DNA from: a virus
Lineage: Duplodnaviria > Caudoviricetes
IMG/VR virus record: IMGVR_UViG_3300031852_000001
Span: 1,107 to 65,106 of that record
Direction: 5' to 3' (one strand)
DNA length: 64,000 nucleotides
The notes below the pieces were generated by a model that worked only from the letters and a program-made list of their open reading frames with translations, was not told the DNA's origin and searched no databases. Shown in pieces: positions 30,135 through 38,553 of this stretch. The first letter of the stretch is position 1. Each line of letters starts with the position of its first letter. Position numbers and translations under genes: made by a program.

Positions 30135-30478
30135 TTCATGACCCCCCGCAGCTCGGAGTCGATGAAGTTCAGCTCATCGTGAGCCAGGGGGATGACGTCC
30201 CCGGCATGGAACTGGGACAGGTCAATCTTGTCCGTGAGCCACGGGCCATTGGTGTAATCGTTTACGTATCCACGCAGTTGCGGAAATACTACCCCGTAGT
30301 CGAACAGGGTGTTGCCGATGCCGTGAAACTCAAAGTCCTTGGTGCCGGCAGTCTCAGCTCCGGTAACCTCCAAGTAGCCCTCGCGGTAGACCTCAACGAT
30401 AAGGCCCATGCTGCCAGGCTCAAGCGGCCCCAGCTTTTCCTTGAGTGACACGCGGTCACCCTTTGCATAGCTTTCCAT
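30131..30478 (-). CDS. Hypothetical protein (SH3-like N-terminus)
   Basis: KGDRVSL..GSMGLIVEV. Confidence 0.6.
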   Translation of the reverse strand: MESYAKGDRVSLKEKLGPLEPGSMGLIVEVYREGYLEVTGAETAGTKDFEFHGIGNTLFDYGVVFPQLRGYVNDYTNGPWLTDKIDLSQFHAGDVIPLAHDELNFIDSELRGVMK

Positions 30479-30483
30479 TTTCC

Positions 30484-31131
30484 CTACTTCATCTTCAGCA
30501 AGGCGCGTAGCTCAGCGGCTCCGTGCTTCACATAGAAACTGTTGACGTCCTCCCCCTCGGGGAGCTTGATGATTGCCGGGGCCGGTACCTCGCCGGCTAC
30601 CTTCTTTGCGAAGTCAGCGCCCGCGCCCTTGTCGTCGTTGTCCTGCAGGATGATGACTCGCTCATAACCCTCAAACAGGCTGGAGTAGTGGTCCTTCCAG
30701 GCACTCGCTCCAGGTATGCCGATGGCCGGTATCCCGGCCTGCACGGCGGTAATGCAGTCAATCTCTCCCTCGCACACAGCGATCCACCGCTGATGCTTCA
30801 CCAGCTCATTGACGTTGTAGATGGTGATGGTTGATCCTGGCGGTTGCCAGTACTTCGGTCCATCTCCGTTAGGCCCGCGCCTGAAGCGCAGCGCTACCGG
30901 GCCACTCCTGGTGATGTAGGGGATGGACACTTTCCCAAGTGCCTGCTCATCCCCACCTTCGGGGTTGACGACGGCTCCCAACTGGAACTGACTTAGCGTC
31001 TCGGGCTCCAGTCCCCTCGCGTCTATCAGATAGTCGAGTAGGTCTGTACCGCTGGGGCTGAATAGCTGCTCGTGATAGCTCTCCGCCCTTTTGGCCAGTG
31101 ATTTCCTCTGCGCGTTCGACAGAACGGCCAT
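30484..31131 (-). CDS. DNA primase, TOPRIM domain
   Basis: SIPY, VCEGEIDC, GIPGASAWK, LQDNDDKG. Confidence 0.9.
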   Translation of the reverse strand: MAVLSNAQRKSLAKRAESYHEQLFSPSGTDLLDYLIDARGLEPETLSQFQLGAVVNPEGGDEQALGKVSIPYITRSGPVALRFRRGPNGDGPKYWQPPGSTITIYNVNELVKHQRWIAVCEGEIDCITAVQAGIPAIGIPGASAWKDHYSSLFEGYERVIILQDNDDKGAGADFAKKVAGEVPAPAIIKLPEGEDVNSFYVKHGAAELRALLKMK

Positions 31132-31351
31132 AGTCCACCCCCTCTCTGTTTTGAATAAGATCCAGCGCGTCCCCAAAGAAGGAGCATGCGAAGCAACGAA
31201 ACTGCTGCTTGCTCTCGTTGAAGGACGCGCTGGCGTTTGAATCGTCATGGATGACACAGCGGATCTTTGCCCAGCCACCACGGCTGGGTAGGTGGTCAGC
31301 GCCGTAGAACTCCAGGACGGGCCGGATACTAAACTTCGTCTGCGTCTGCAT
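30947..31351 (-). CDS. DNA primase, zinc-binding domain (separate overlapping ORF)
   Basis: CVIHDD.NASA...FRCFAC...GDALDLI (CHC2). Confidence 0.85.
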   Translation of the reverse strand: MQTQTKFSIRPVLEFYGADHLPSRGGWAKIRCVIHDDSNASASFNESKQQFRCFACSFFGDALDLIQNREGVDYGRSVERAEEITGQKGGELSRAAIQPQRYRPTRLSDRREGTGARDAKSVPVGSRRQPRRWG

Positions 31352-31523
31352 TCAGGTCTTGCACCAGCCGTGTGAACTGCTCTCGCAGTTTTGCCAGGAC
31401 AGGAAAGTCCCAGCCGGATTCGTGCTCCGCGATGGAGCCCGCTTCAATCAGGTCAACCAGCTCGGCAATGGTGAGTGACACCTTTGCGCTCTGGCTAAGG
31501 AACTCGTCCCCGTAACCGTCCAT
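31329..31523 (-). CDS. Hypothetical protein
   Basis: ATG at 31523. Confidence 0.5.
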   Translation of the reverse strand: MDGYGDEFLSQSAKVSLTIAELVDLIEAGSIAEHESGWDFPVLAKLREQFTRLVQDLNADADEV

Positions 31524-31562
31524 TAGTCGCAACCCCCGCCGCTGCTGGAGCTGCTGGAGTCG

Positions 31563-31919
31563 CTACCCCCGGAGTAGCTCGATGAGTCCGTCCACTGTGA
31601 GGATGACCCACTGCTCACCTGGTTTACTGGTTCCACGGCGCTTAGCCACAACAAGGCCGACGTCGGCCCCGTCGTTGATTCGCTCTGCCTCGGCCTCTCG
31701 TACCCACTGGGGTAGTTCGAGCCTGCCGCCATAGTCCTTGCATTCGACCGCGACACGTCGGCCTTTCGCCGTCCGAACGTTCGCAATGTCGCCAGTATCT
31801 TTCGCACCCGTGCGAACCTTTCTATCAATGAACTCGGAGAGATGATCTTTCAGGTAATCGGCAGTGGTTCTCTCAAACCTGCTGCCGGCCTGTTTCGCAC
31901 TCGCGTTAGTCCTCGGCAC
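31563..31919 (-). CDS. Holliday junction resolvase (PD-(D/E)XK)
   Basis: GSRFE, DTGDI, VECKD, VVAKRRG. Confidence 0.8.
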   Translation of the reverse strand: MPRTNASAKQAGSRFERTTADYLKDHLSEFIDRKVRTGAKDTGDIANVRTAKGRRVAVECKDYGGRLELPQWVREAEAERINDGADVGLVVAKRRGTSKPGEQWVILTVDGLIELLRG

Positions 31920-32133
31920 CTCTATGGCCCTCTACTTCTGCCCAGGCGAGTTGGAATTGCTGGACGATGGTCCGGGCTACGTAGCCGTAGCCCACCACCC
32001 CAGCGCCCGCACTGAGCATCACGCAGATACCGCGCAGCTCGGAGGGGGTGAAGGTCATGCGTTGGAGTCGATGTAGGTTGCCTTCGTCGTCAAACTCAAC
32101 AACCAGCTCGCGCTCAAAGTATCTAGCCGGCAT
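31906..32133 (-). CDS. Hypothetical protein
   Basis: Coupled ORF. Confidence 0.5.
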   Translation of the reverse strand: MPARYFERELVVEFDDEGNLHRLQRMTFTPSELRGICVMLSAGAGVVGYGYVARTIVQQFQLAWAEVEGHRGAED

Positions 32134-32926
32134 ATTGCATTCGTCCCAGGTCTGCCAAAACTGGCAGTGTCCAGGCACCGGAGGCTTGCGCCTTACCGTT
32201 GCGGTTCTTCACGGGGGAAATGTTCAGATGGTTGGGCGTGCGGTGGAGGGTCCAAATTACAGCCGGCGTTTTCGACACCTTGCCCCGAAGTCCGCTGAGC
32301 GGAATGGGTTTCATTCCGTCCTCGTTCTCCCCGGTAACGTGGTGCAAAGCAACTACTGCTGCCCCGGTTTCCTTTGCCAATTCATGGAGAAATTCGCAGT
32401 TCCCTTCCAGGGCTTCAAACTCTCCACCGCCACCGGCGTACAAATTCTTGAGGTTGTCGATCACTACAATTTCCGGATATTCTCCGTGCTTAGTTAAGTA
32501 ACCACTCATTTGAGTATGTACGTCGTTGTCGTCGGGCGATGACCGGAAGCTCCACTCAAAGTGGCTTGCCGCCTGGTCAACAATGGCGTCCATCTCGGAC
32601 GCCCGCCCTTCCCTCAGTAGCCGCTCTACCTCAGACTGTTCCCAGCCTGTCTCGATGGCCACTGCCCTTTTGAACATGGTGTTGGCATCCGAATCCGCCG
32701 AGAAGTAGAAGCAGGTATTTACCTGTTTCTCATCCCCGGCCAACCCGTTGCCGCGCTGGATAATGTTCTGGATTACCGCGCTCTTACCCGTGCCAGGCCC
32801 GCCTGCAATAATGGCCAACTGGCCACGTCGTATATGCGATTCCGTTGAGTTGATGATCGAGAAAGGATTCTTGATCGGCTCGCCTGCATTGGAATCAATA
32901 CGCCTTGCTTGCGATAGCCTCAGCAT
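32123..32926 (-). CDS. DnaB/RecA-family helicase (ATPase domain only)
   Basis: GGPGTGKS Walker A, VVIDNL Walker B, LHHV, KNRNG. Confidence 0.85.
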   Translation of the reverse strand: MLRLSQARRIDSNAGEPIKNPFSIINSTESHIRRGQLAIIAGGPGTGKSAVIQNIIQRGNGLAGDEKQVNTCFYFSADSDANTMFKRAVAIETGWEQSEVERLLREGRASEMDAIVDQAASHFEWSFRSSPDDNDVHTQMSGYLTKHGEYPEIVVIDNLKNLYAGGGGEFEALEGNCEFLHELAKETGAAVVALHHVTGENEDGMKPIPLSGLRGKVSKTPAVIWTLHRTPNHLNISPVKNRNGKAQASGAWTLPVLADLGRMQYAG

Positions 32927-32929
32927 TTG

Positions 32930-33457
32930 TTAGCGGACGAACTTCCAGAACTTGTGGGTACCGCCAGCAAGTCCGGGGTGATTCGGATCGTCGGTCTTGA
33001 GCTTTTCCGGACCAGTCTCAGCCTGGCCGCGCGGGTCGGCCCAGGCCTTCCAGTTGCCCTTGTCGATCCACTTGGCAGGGATGCCCAGGATCAGGGGGAC
33101 GCCGGCCGGCGCTGCTGCTGCAGCGGGAGCTGCAGGTGCCGGGTAGGCAGCGGCAGGCTGGGGGTTCGGCGGGTAAATCTGAGTCGGTGCAGGCTGTGCC
33201 ATGGAGCCGCCGTTGTAGGCGGGTTCCGGAGTGGATACCGGAGCGGCCACGGTCTGTGCGCCGAGTCCCTTGCCCAGGTTGTACTGAGCGGCAGCGCCAG
33301 CGGCGATGCGGCCAAGAGTGGCGAACGTGCCGTTGCGCTCTGCAGTCTGCAGGTCCAGCTCGAACTCTGCTGCATCGTTGGAACGGACAACCAGCCAGGG
33401 TGCCTCGTGGCCCGGACCAAGCTTGATGGTCCCGGTGAACTTCGCTTCGTTAGTCAA
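32930..33457 (-). CDS. Probable ssDNA-binding protein
   Basis: GHEAPWLVV motif of cluster-A-like proteins next to the helicase; Pro/Ala linker. Confidence 0.45.
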   Translation of the reverse strand: MTNEAKFTGTIKLGPGHEAPWLVVRSNDAAEFELDLQTAERNGTFATLGRIAAGAAAQYNLGKGLGAQTVAAPVSTPEPAYNGGSMAQPAPTQIYPPNPQPAAAYPAPAAPAAAAAPAGVPLILGIPAKWIDKGNWKAWADPRGQAETGPEKLKTDDPNHPGLAGGTHKFWKFVR

Positions 33458-33489
33458 TGTTTCCTTCCAGCCCCGTAAGGCGTTGGTAA

Positions 33490-33505
33490 ATATACGCTTG
33501 ACAAT
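33490..33505 (-). promoter_or_regulatory. Copy of repeated motif ATTGTCAAGCGTATAT
   Basis: Near-identical copies at 28734, 33600, 47199, 55609. Confidence 0.6.
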
Positions 33506-33599
33506 CGGGGCAGGGGTATCCGGCCAGACTCCCTAGCAGGTAACCCTGCCCCCACAACCAAGCTCGCCCCCTTGAGGACGATGAACCTACAGTACACAT

Positions 33600-33615
33600 A
33601 TATACGCTGGACAAT
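33600..33615 (-). promoter_or_regulatory. Copy of repeated motif ATTGTCCAGCGTATAT
   Basis: Intergenic repeat. Confidence 0.6.
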
Positions 33616-33639
33616 CAAATCCAGCTTTTGAACCTTGGG

Positions 33640-33927
33640 CTAGAGGGTTACAAGCTCCAGGGTTGCCAGGACTTCGTAGTTGCCATCCTTGTCCTGGATG
33701 GTGCGGATCCCGATCACGCCGTCAGCCAGGGTAAGGCTGTGGCTCGCTGCCTGGACAGCAAGCGGCTGGAGCAGGCGGGGGGTGAGCGCCTGGATATCGC
33801 CATCGGTGGGCTTGTGGTTGAAGCGAGCCTTGGCGTAAATCTGCGCCTTGGGCTTGGGGGTTTCAACAGCCGGCCCCTTGGGAGCTGCCTTGCGGGTGCG
33901 CTTTACGGTGGCTACTTCTTCACTCAT
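33640..33927 (-). CDS. Hypothetical protein
   Basis: RBS AAGGAG. Confidence 0.65.
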   Translation of the reverse strand: MSEEVATVKRTRKAAPKGPAVETPKPKAQIYAKARFNHKPTDGDIQALTPRLLQPLAVQAASHSLTLADGVIGIRTIQDKDGNYEVLATLELVTL

Positions 33928-33943
33928 TTACTTATCTCCTTGG

Positions 33944-34972
33944 TTACTTGAGCACGACGAAAGGCACTGCGCCCTCGCCCTTTGCTTGACGTGCGGCAAT
34001 GACCTTGCCGTCTTTGTCCAGGGCCGTCTTGGCGGTCCCCATGTGTGCGAGCAGGTGTCCCTTTGCCCGGAGCATTTCAGACTCCGCGTGCGCCAGGTTC
34101 GCCTTGCTCGTCGCAACCAATTCAACAACCTCATCGTCAAGAGTGATCTTGACCTTGGGGTCGATGGACAGGTTACGCTCCCGCAGGTACGTGTAGGTGT
34201 CCTCGCCGCCATCAATCGGCGGGGGACTGTTGGTCTGCAGCGAGTAGGTGAATGCTGCCGCTGCGTCCCGCATCTCTGCAGTCTTGGCTGGATCGGCGTA
34301 GATCCGGTACTCCCGATAGTCTCCCAGGCCGATGAGCACAATGATGTGCGCCGAGTGCCAGCCGAACGTATCCAGGTACCAACGGACCTGGGCGACATAC
34401 TTTGCGGGAATGTCGTTCGGTCCCGGTCCCCAGCCCACGCCGGTCATGGAAGTCTTGACTTCCAGGATTTCGCACTCACCAGTTTCCCGGTTGAGCAGCC
34501 GGCCATCCGGGTTTGCGAGCTGGTACGGCCGATCCTTGTTGCGCCATGACGCACCCGGCAGTACCGCATATTCCGGGTGCGCCTCAGCGAACTTCTCAAT
34601 GATTACGGGCTCCAGCCTGTGGCCCCACTCGAAGAGAGGATTGTAATCCTCGTTCCTGGGGATGATGCCGGCCTTCTCCATCCACAGTATGTACCGTGAC
34701 TTGAAGTTGTTGATTCCCAGGATTGAAGCAATCTCGGAGCCGCCGATCCCCTTGAAGCGGGCGTCGTGCCACTCCTGGGATCCGTCCTCGAACTGCCCTA
34801 CAAGTACCGCATCGCCCAGCGTACTGGGCAACATTCGTTCGGGATCTGCCTCCGCGTCTGCTTCCTCAGCAAAGAACGCTGCAATCTCCGCGTCCGTTGG
34901 CTCCCGTACCTCCACGGGCAGGGGAGCATCCACGTAATCGTTTATGGACGTCTGTCCTTCAAGCTCAGGCAT
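33944..34972 (-). CDS. YqaJ/lambda-exonuclease-like recombination nuclease
   Basis: GIGGSE, WGHRLEP, ANPDG, ILEVKT, QVRWY. Confidence 0.9.
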   Translation of the reverse strand: MPELEGQTSINDYVDAPLPVEVREPTDAEIAAFFAEEADAEADPERMLPSTLGDAVLVGQFEDGSQEWHDARFKGIGGSEIASILGINNFKSRYILWMEKAGIIPRNEDYNPLFEWGHRLEPVIIEKFAEAHPEYAVLPGASWRNKDRPYQLANPDGRLLNRETGECEILEVKTSMTGVGWGPGPNDIPAKYVAQVRWYLDTFGWHSAHIIVLIGLGDYREYRIYADPAKTAEMRDAAAAFTYSLQTNSPPPIDGGEDTYTYLRERNLSIDPKVKITLDDEVVELVATSKANLAHAESEMLRAKGHLLAHMGTAKTALDKDGKVIAARQAKGEGAVPFVVLK

Positions 34973-35294
34973 AGGCCAGCTCTCTTTCCTTCTCTTGTTT
35001 CTGCGTTGCGATTTCGACCTTCGTTTCCGCTACCAGTTCATCCAGGTCTGCAAAGTCCCGGCAGAGGATTTCAATGACGCCATCCTCGTAAGCGATGGCC
35101 TCAGTGAGGGCATACCCCTCCGCTCCCAATTGGAAGTAGAGGTCTGACAGGTTGACAGGGCTGTTCACCTGGCCGGCAACAATGCCGTTGCGGCTGACAA
35201 CAATCAAGCCAGGTTCGTCAATAATGACCTTGAAGTCCTCGTCATCTTCCACGGTGACGGGGGCTGAAACTTCAAGGGTGGCTGCGTACACCAT
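34965..35294 (-). CDS. Hypothetical protein
   Basis: ORF coupled to exonuclease. Confidence 0.55.
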   Translation of the reverse strand: MVYAATLEVSAPVTVEDDEDFKVIIDEPGLIVVSRNGIVAGQVNSPVNLSDLYFQLGAEGYALTEAIAYEDGVIEILCRDFADLDELVAETKVEIATQKQEKERELAYA

Positions 35295-35379
35295 GGAGCG
35301 GGATCCTGACTCATAAAAAGACCAACGGAGAGTGTTTGTATGTCAAGTTCGGATATCTACAGCTCAACCTTGGTGAGCG

Positions 35380-35408
35380 AAAAAGCGCGGAGCCCCCGCC
35401 CCGCGCTT
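35380..35408 (-). terminator. Terminator after par/repressor operon
   Basis: AAGCGCGG/CCGCGC stem followed by T5 on minus strand. Confidence 0.75.
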
Positions 35409-35516
35409 CTGCAGAAATCTACTTGCTGGACATAGGTTACACAGTATCAGCACCTTGTGACAATTTATTGAAACGTGACCGAAACGCCGTAACCCCTAAG
35501 CCTGCTTACGATTCCT

Positions 35517-36062
35517 CTAGTTTAGGATCGGCCCAGTCAGGAGTTGTTCCACCACTGCGGGCGGCACGATCCTCTCCGTCATCCCCGATGAGGGCTCGGG
35601 GGTGAGGATGGGCTTGGCTTTTTTTTTGAGCGGAACCTTCGGCAGTCGGAAGATCCCCTCATCGGTGGGCTCCCGCTTGACGTAGAAGAAGCCTCCCTTG
35701 CGGCTGGCGTCGTTCGGCGGTGCCTCCGGGTGGTAGTCCAGAACCACGTCGGCGTCCTTCATTGCCTGCAGCCAGGTATCAAGAAGGTGCTGCTCGGTTG
35801 GGTTGAGCACCTGGCCCTTCTTCTGCCGCATGATGGCCCGGAGTCGCTGAGCGACTGCCGTGGACCTGTGGATGGGGTGGATGGGCCAGGGAATGTGGTC
35901 CTGGTATGTCTCTTTAGTTTCTGTGAAGCCGGCACGCTCCAAGGCCTTCCACACTGCAGCCTCGGTTACGTCATATTCTTCCGCGATGCGCTTCAGCTTC
36001 CACCCCTGCGCCCTGAGCTGACGCAGGACGGTGTTGTCTGGCAACTTTCTTGGTGCGGCCAT
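35517..36062 (-). CDS. Immunity repressor, L5 gp71-like
   Basis: N-terminal HTH (KRIAEEYDVTEAAV), IPW, QRLR, VVLDYHP..PP..GGFFYV.R pattern shared with cluster A repressors. Confidence 0.8.
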   Translation of the reverse strand: MAAPRKLPDNTVLRQLRAQGWKLKRIAEEYDVTEAAVWKALERAGFTETKETYQDHIPWPIHPIHRSTAVAQRLRAIMRQKKGQVLNPTEQHLLDTWLQAMKDADVVLDYHPEAPPNDASRKGGFFYVKREPTDEGIFRLPKVPLKKKAKPILTPEPSSGMTERIVPPAVVEQLLTGPILN

Positions 36063-36112
36063 TCTCTTATCTTCTCCCCGAATTGTTTTCTTGGATGGCC
36101 CCCGGCCCCCAA

Positions 36113-36141
36113 TACTTATCTACTTGAGTACGTCCCCACGT
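36113..36141. repeat. Candidate parS downstream of par cassette
   Basis: ACTT/ACTT/ACGT/ACGT at 36114, 36122, 36130, 36138 (8-bp period). Confidence 0.55.
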
Positions 36142-36159
36142 ACCTAAGGACAGTAGGTG

Positions 36160-36474
36160 TTACTTCGCGTCCGGACCATGCTTGTCCTCGACCCGCTCAA
36201 TAACCTTCTTCTGCAGTTCCTTGTTCTCTAGCAGCTCGTCTACCAGGGCTCGCATGACCCAAACATGCTGAATGCGAACCCTGCCAATCTCCATTGCAAT
36301 GTCCTGGCAGAAAGACATTAGTCCCCTGTAAGGTACGGGCTCAATATCAACGCTTAGACGAACGAGTTTAGAAAGTACTGGCGCTGCCTTCTTCTTCTCT
36401 GCAGCAGGCTTAGGTGCTTGATCTGTGTGTGCGAGCTTCGCCTTGAGGGCAGCAGCTCCAGTAGTGCGTGGCAT
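36160..36474 (-). CDS. parB: Type Ib partition adaptor, ribbon-helix-helix (ParG-like)
   Basis: Lys/Ala-rich tail then VRLSVDI...VMRALVDELL; directly after parA. Confidence 0.75.
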   Translation of the reverse strand: MPRTTGAAALKAKLAHTDQAPKPAAEKKKAAPVLSKLVRLSVDIEPVPYRGLMSFCQDIAMEIGRVRIQHVWVMRALVDELLENKELQKKVIERVEDKHGPDAK

Positions 36475-36476
36475 TG

Positions 36477-37100
36477 CTAAATCTTGCCTTTCATGAGTTC
36501 ATCAAGCTCCTTGGCTACCAGGTCGTAGCCGCCGAGTTCATTTACCGGGAAGCCCTTCGCCAGTGCGAACAGCTCCAGGCGCGTAATCATCGTGTCTAGG
36601 ACGCGATGCCCATCCTCGCGGATAAACTCGGAGATTACCTGGCCCGAGTTAGCGGACTTGTTGTTCCTGGTCATAAGGACGGCCATTGTCATCTCATCGT
36701 CCCGGTCATCCTGAATCCGGTGCAGCGTGTCCCACACGGCCGGCAGGCGATCCTTCTCCATCGTGGAGGGGGAGGTTGGGATGATTACAGCGTCCGCTGC
36801 CCTGATAGCCCCGTAGACAATGCCGGCCTCTTCGTCCAGCGGGGGAGTGTCGATAATAACAACGTCGAAGCGATCCCCAATGATTCCCGGCAGGACGCGA
36901 TGGAGCTTGGGTACGTCCTTGCGGAACACGGGAATCTCAAAGTCCGCCTGGTCCGCCCATTCAATGAGCGAGCCCTGAGGATCGGCGTCAACCATGATGA
37001 CGCGCTTACCCTCAGCGGCATAGGCGTGTCCGAGGAAGCAAGCGGTGGTGGTCTTTGCGGTGCCACCCTTGAGGTTCATCACCGTAATTATCTTCGTCAT
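36477..37100 (-). CDS. parA: Partition ATPase, type Ib
   Basis: KGGTAKTT deviant Walker A, VDADPQGS, IIDTPP. Confidence 0.95.
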   Translation of the reverse strand: MTKIITVMNLKGGTAKTTTACFLGHAYAAEGKRVIMVDADPQGSLIEWADQADFEIPVFRKDVPKLHRVLPGIIGDRFDVVIIDTPPLDEEAGIVYGAIRAADAVIIPTSPSTMEKDRLPAVWDTLHRIQDDRDDEMTMAVLMTRNNKSANSGQVISEFIREDGHRVLDTMITRLELFALAKGFPVNELGGYDLVAKELDELMKGKI

Positions 37101-37106
37101 GCTTCA

Positions 37107-37135
37107 ACAATAGCGTATCCAAGTGAATAAGTAAA
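37107..37135 (-). promoter_or_regulatory. parA promoter, probably leaderless
   Basis: TTTACT-17-TATTGT, 6 nt before ATG. Confidence 0.55.
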
Positions 37136-37164
37136 GACGTGACTAACCTGTTGCGTAGATCACT
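37113..37164. repeat. Candidate parS/operator upstream of parA
   Basis: GCGT, AAGT, AAGT, ACGT, AACC, GCGT, CACT at 8-bp period. Confidence 0.5.
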
Positions 37165-37262
37165 AAGAGCTTCAAGTTGACTTGCAGTAAACCGTTGCCC
37201 TGGGTAATGGTTGAAGTGCATATACATGATGGGTACGACATTTACGAGAGAAGAGTTTGCAG

Positions 37263-37454
37263 ATGATGATGAGTGACACCCTGACCACAGCGGAGGATCT
37301 TCTGAATCTGCCAATCAACACGGTTCTCAGCGGGGGGTTCAAGCGCCTCACCAACAGCGAGCCGGCCGGCCTGGATTGGTACCTGCCGGGCAGCGCTGTG
37401 GGCTACACCGCATACGAGATTCGTGTCCCGACTCGCGTACTGGAGTACGCCTAA
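37263..37454 (+). CDS. Small hypothetical protein divergent from parA
   Basis: RBS GAGAAGAG; followed by hairpins. Confidence 0.55.
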   Translation: MMMSDTLTTAEDLLNLPINTVLSGGFKRLTNSEPAGLDWYLPGSAVGYTAYEIRVPTRVLEYA

Positions 37455-37523
37455 GGTATAGTTGCACATAGCAGCATTGAGTAATCGATGTGGGTGTGCA
37501 AACCTTTCTGCTAACCAAAGACA

Positions 37524-37559
37524 GAGAGCCCTACCGGCCCCCCAATACGGTAGGGCTCT
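37524..37559. terminator. Hairpin between convergent genes
   Basis: GAGAGCCCTACCG/CGGTAGGGCTCTC. Confidence 0.7.
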
Positions 37560-37681
37560 CGTCGTCTGATAAACTTTCCTGAGCATTGGACAACGTGTGG
37601 TTGTGGAGACTACCCAATGTATTCAGCCCTCGCGGACTGAACTGATCCAGGTGCCCCGTCTCGCGGCGGGGCATCTGCCAT

Positions 37682-38143
37682 TTAACCGATCTTCCAGGGC
37701 TTCTCCACGCGGTGACTCTTCCTGGGCTTGGGCAGTCCCAGGATTCCCCGGCGCACATACACTGAGTTGAGGGACCGCCCCAGGACGATGGCCATGTTTT
37801 CGTAGCTCGTATCCAGGACGTGCTCCCGCAGGTAGTCGTCCTCTTCCTGGGTCCAGCGCCGATACTTGGAAGTCTGCAGCCGCTCCGGGGGGCGCTCCGA
37901 TGGGGGGAGGCCGATGCCCCGCTGGTCCCGGTCCTGCTTCTTCTTCGCGTTGGTGCAGTGGTGGCAGGTCTTGCGCCGTGCCTGGTTCTTTTTGCCGGCG
38001 TTCAACAGGGGGAAGGAATCCCCGTCCGCCAGCTCACCGCAAGCGATGCAGGTCCGGGCCAGGAGAAACCTGGGGCCGGCAGACCAGGGGGAGTTTGGCC
38101 CCTTCCGGGGGAGCCTGGACTGGCCCCGCCAGGTGTAGCTCAT
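37682..38143 (-). CDS. Zn-finger plus Myb/SANT-like HTH protein
   Basis: CxxC..CxxC, then RRWTQEEDDYL...IAIVLGRSLNSV-like. Confidence 0.65.
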   Translation of the reverse strand: MSYTWRGQSRLPRKGPNSPWSAGPRFLLARTCIACGELADGDSFPLLNAGKKNQARRKTCHHCTNAKKKQDRDQRGIGLPPSERPPERLQTSKYRRWTQEEDDYLREHVLDTSYENMAIVLGRSLNSVYVRRGILGLPKPRKSHRVEKPWKIG

Positions 38144-38553
38144 TCCTGGTACATATCCTTCAGTCGCTCCTGGTTGAAAACAAAGGGCTTGCCGTCGCGG
38201 TCATCCCAGGACTCAAGCTGATTGACGATGGCCCATATCTGCGCCAAGGCCCGAACCTTGCTGCTGGCCACAATCTCTGCGGTGAAGCTCACCACAGGCT
38301 CCGTGCGCTTCTCGTATCCAAGAATCTCCAGAGCCTTGTCCGTCAACTGCGGCGGCTCCCGGTGCGATGTGAACGGGGTAATGAGCCCGTGGCGGTTGCG
38401 CAACCGCGTGACGATGGTTCCCAGTGACTTCTGATCCATGTTCTGACGTCGAGCCATCTCCGCGTTGGGAGACGCCACGTCAGGATCGTTGGCAAGCTGA
38501 ACGTATTCCTCTGCCCACATGGCCCAATACTCAATCCCGAACCCTGCCGGCAT
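38140..38553 (-). CDS. Winged-HTH-like hypothetical protein
   Basis: AEMARRQNMDQKSLGTIVTRL..HGLI. Confidence 0.5.
   Translation of the reverse strand: MPAGFGIEYWAMWAEEYVQLANDPDVASPNAEMARRQNMDQKSLGTIVTRLRNRHGLITPFTSHREPPQLTDKALEILGYEKRTEPVVSFTAEIVASSKVRALAQIWAIVNQLESWDDRDGKPFVFNQERLKDMYQE

Noticed and set aside
33944-34972. Cas4/CRISPR association
   Set aside because: Motifs fit a YqaJ-type exonuclease; no array or other cas genes
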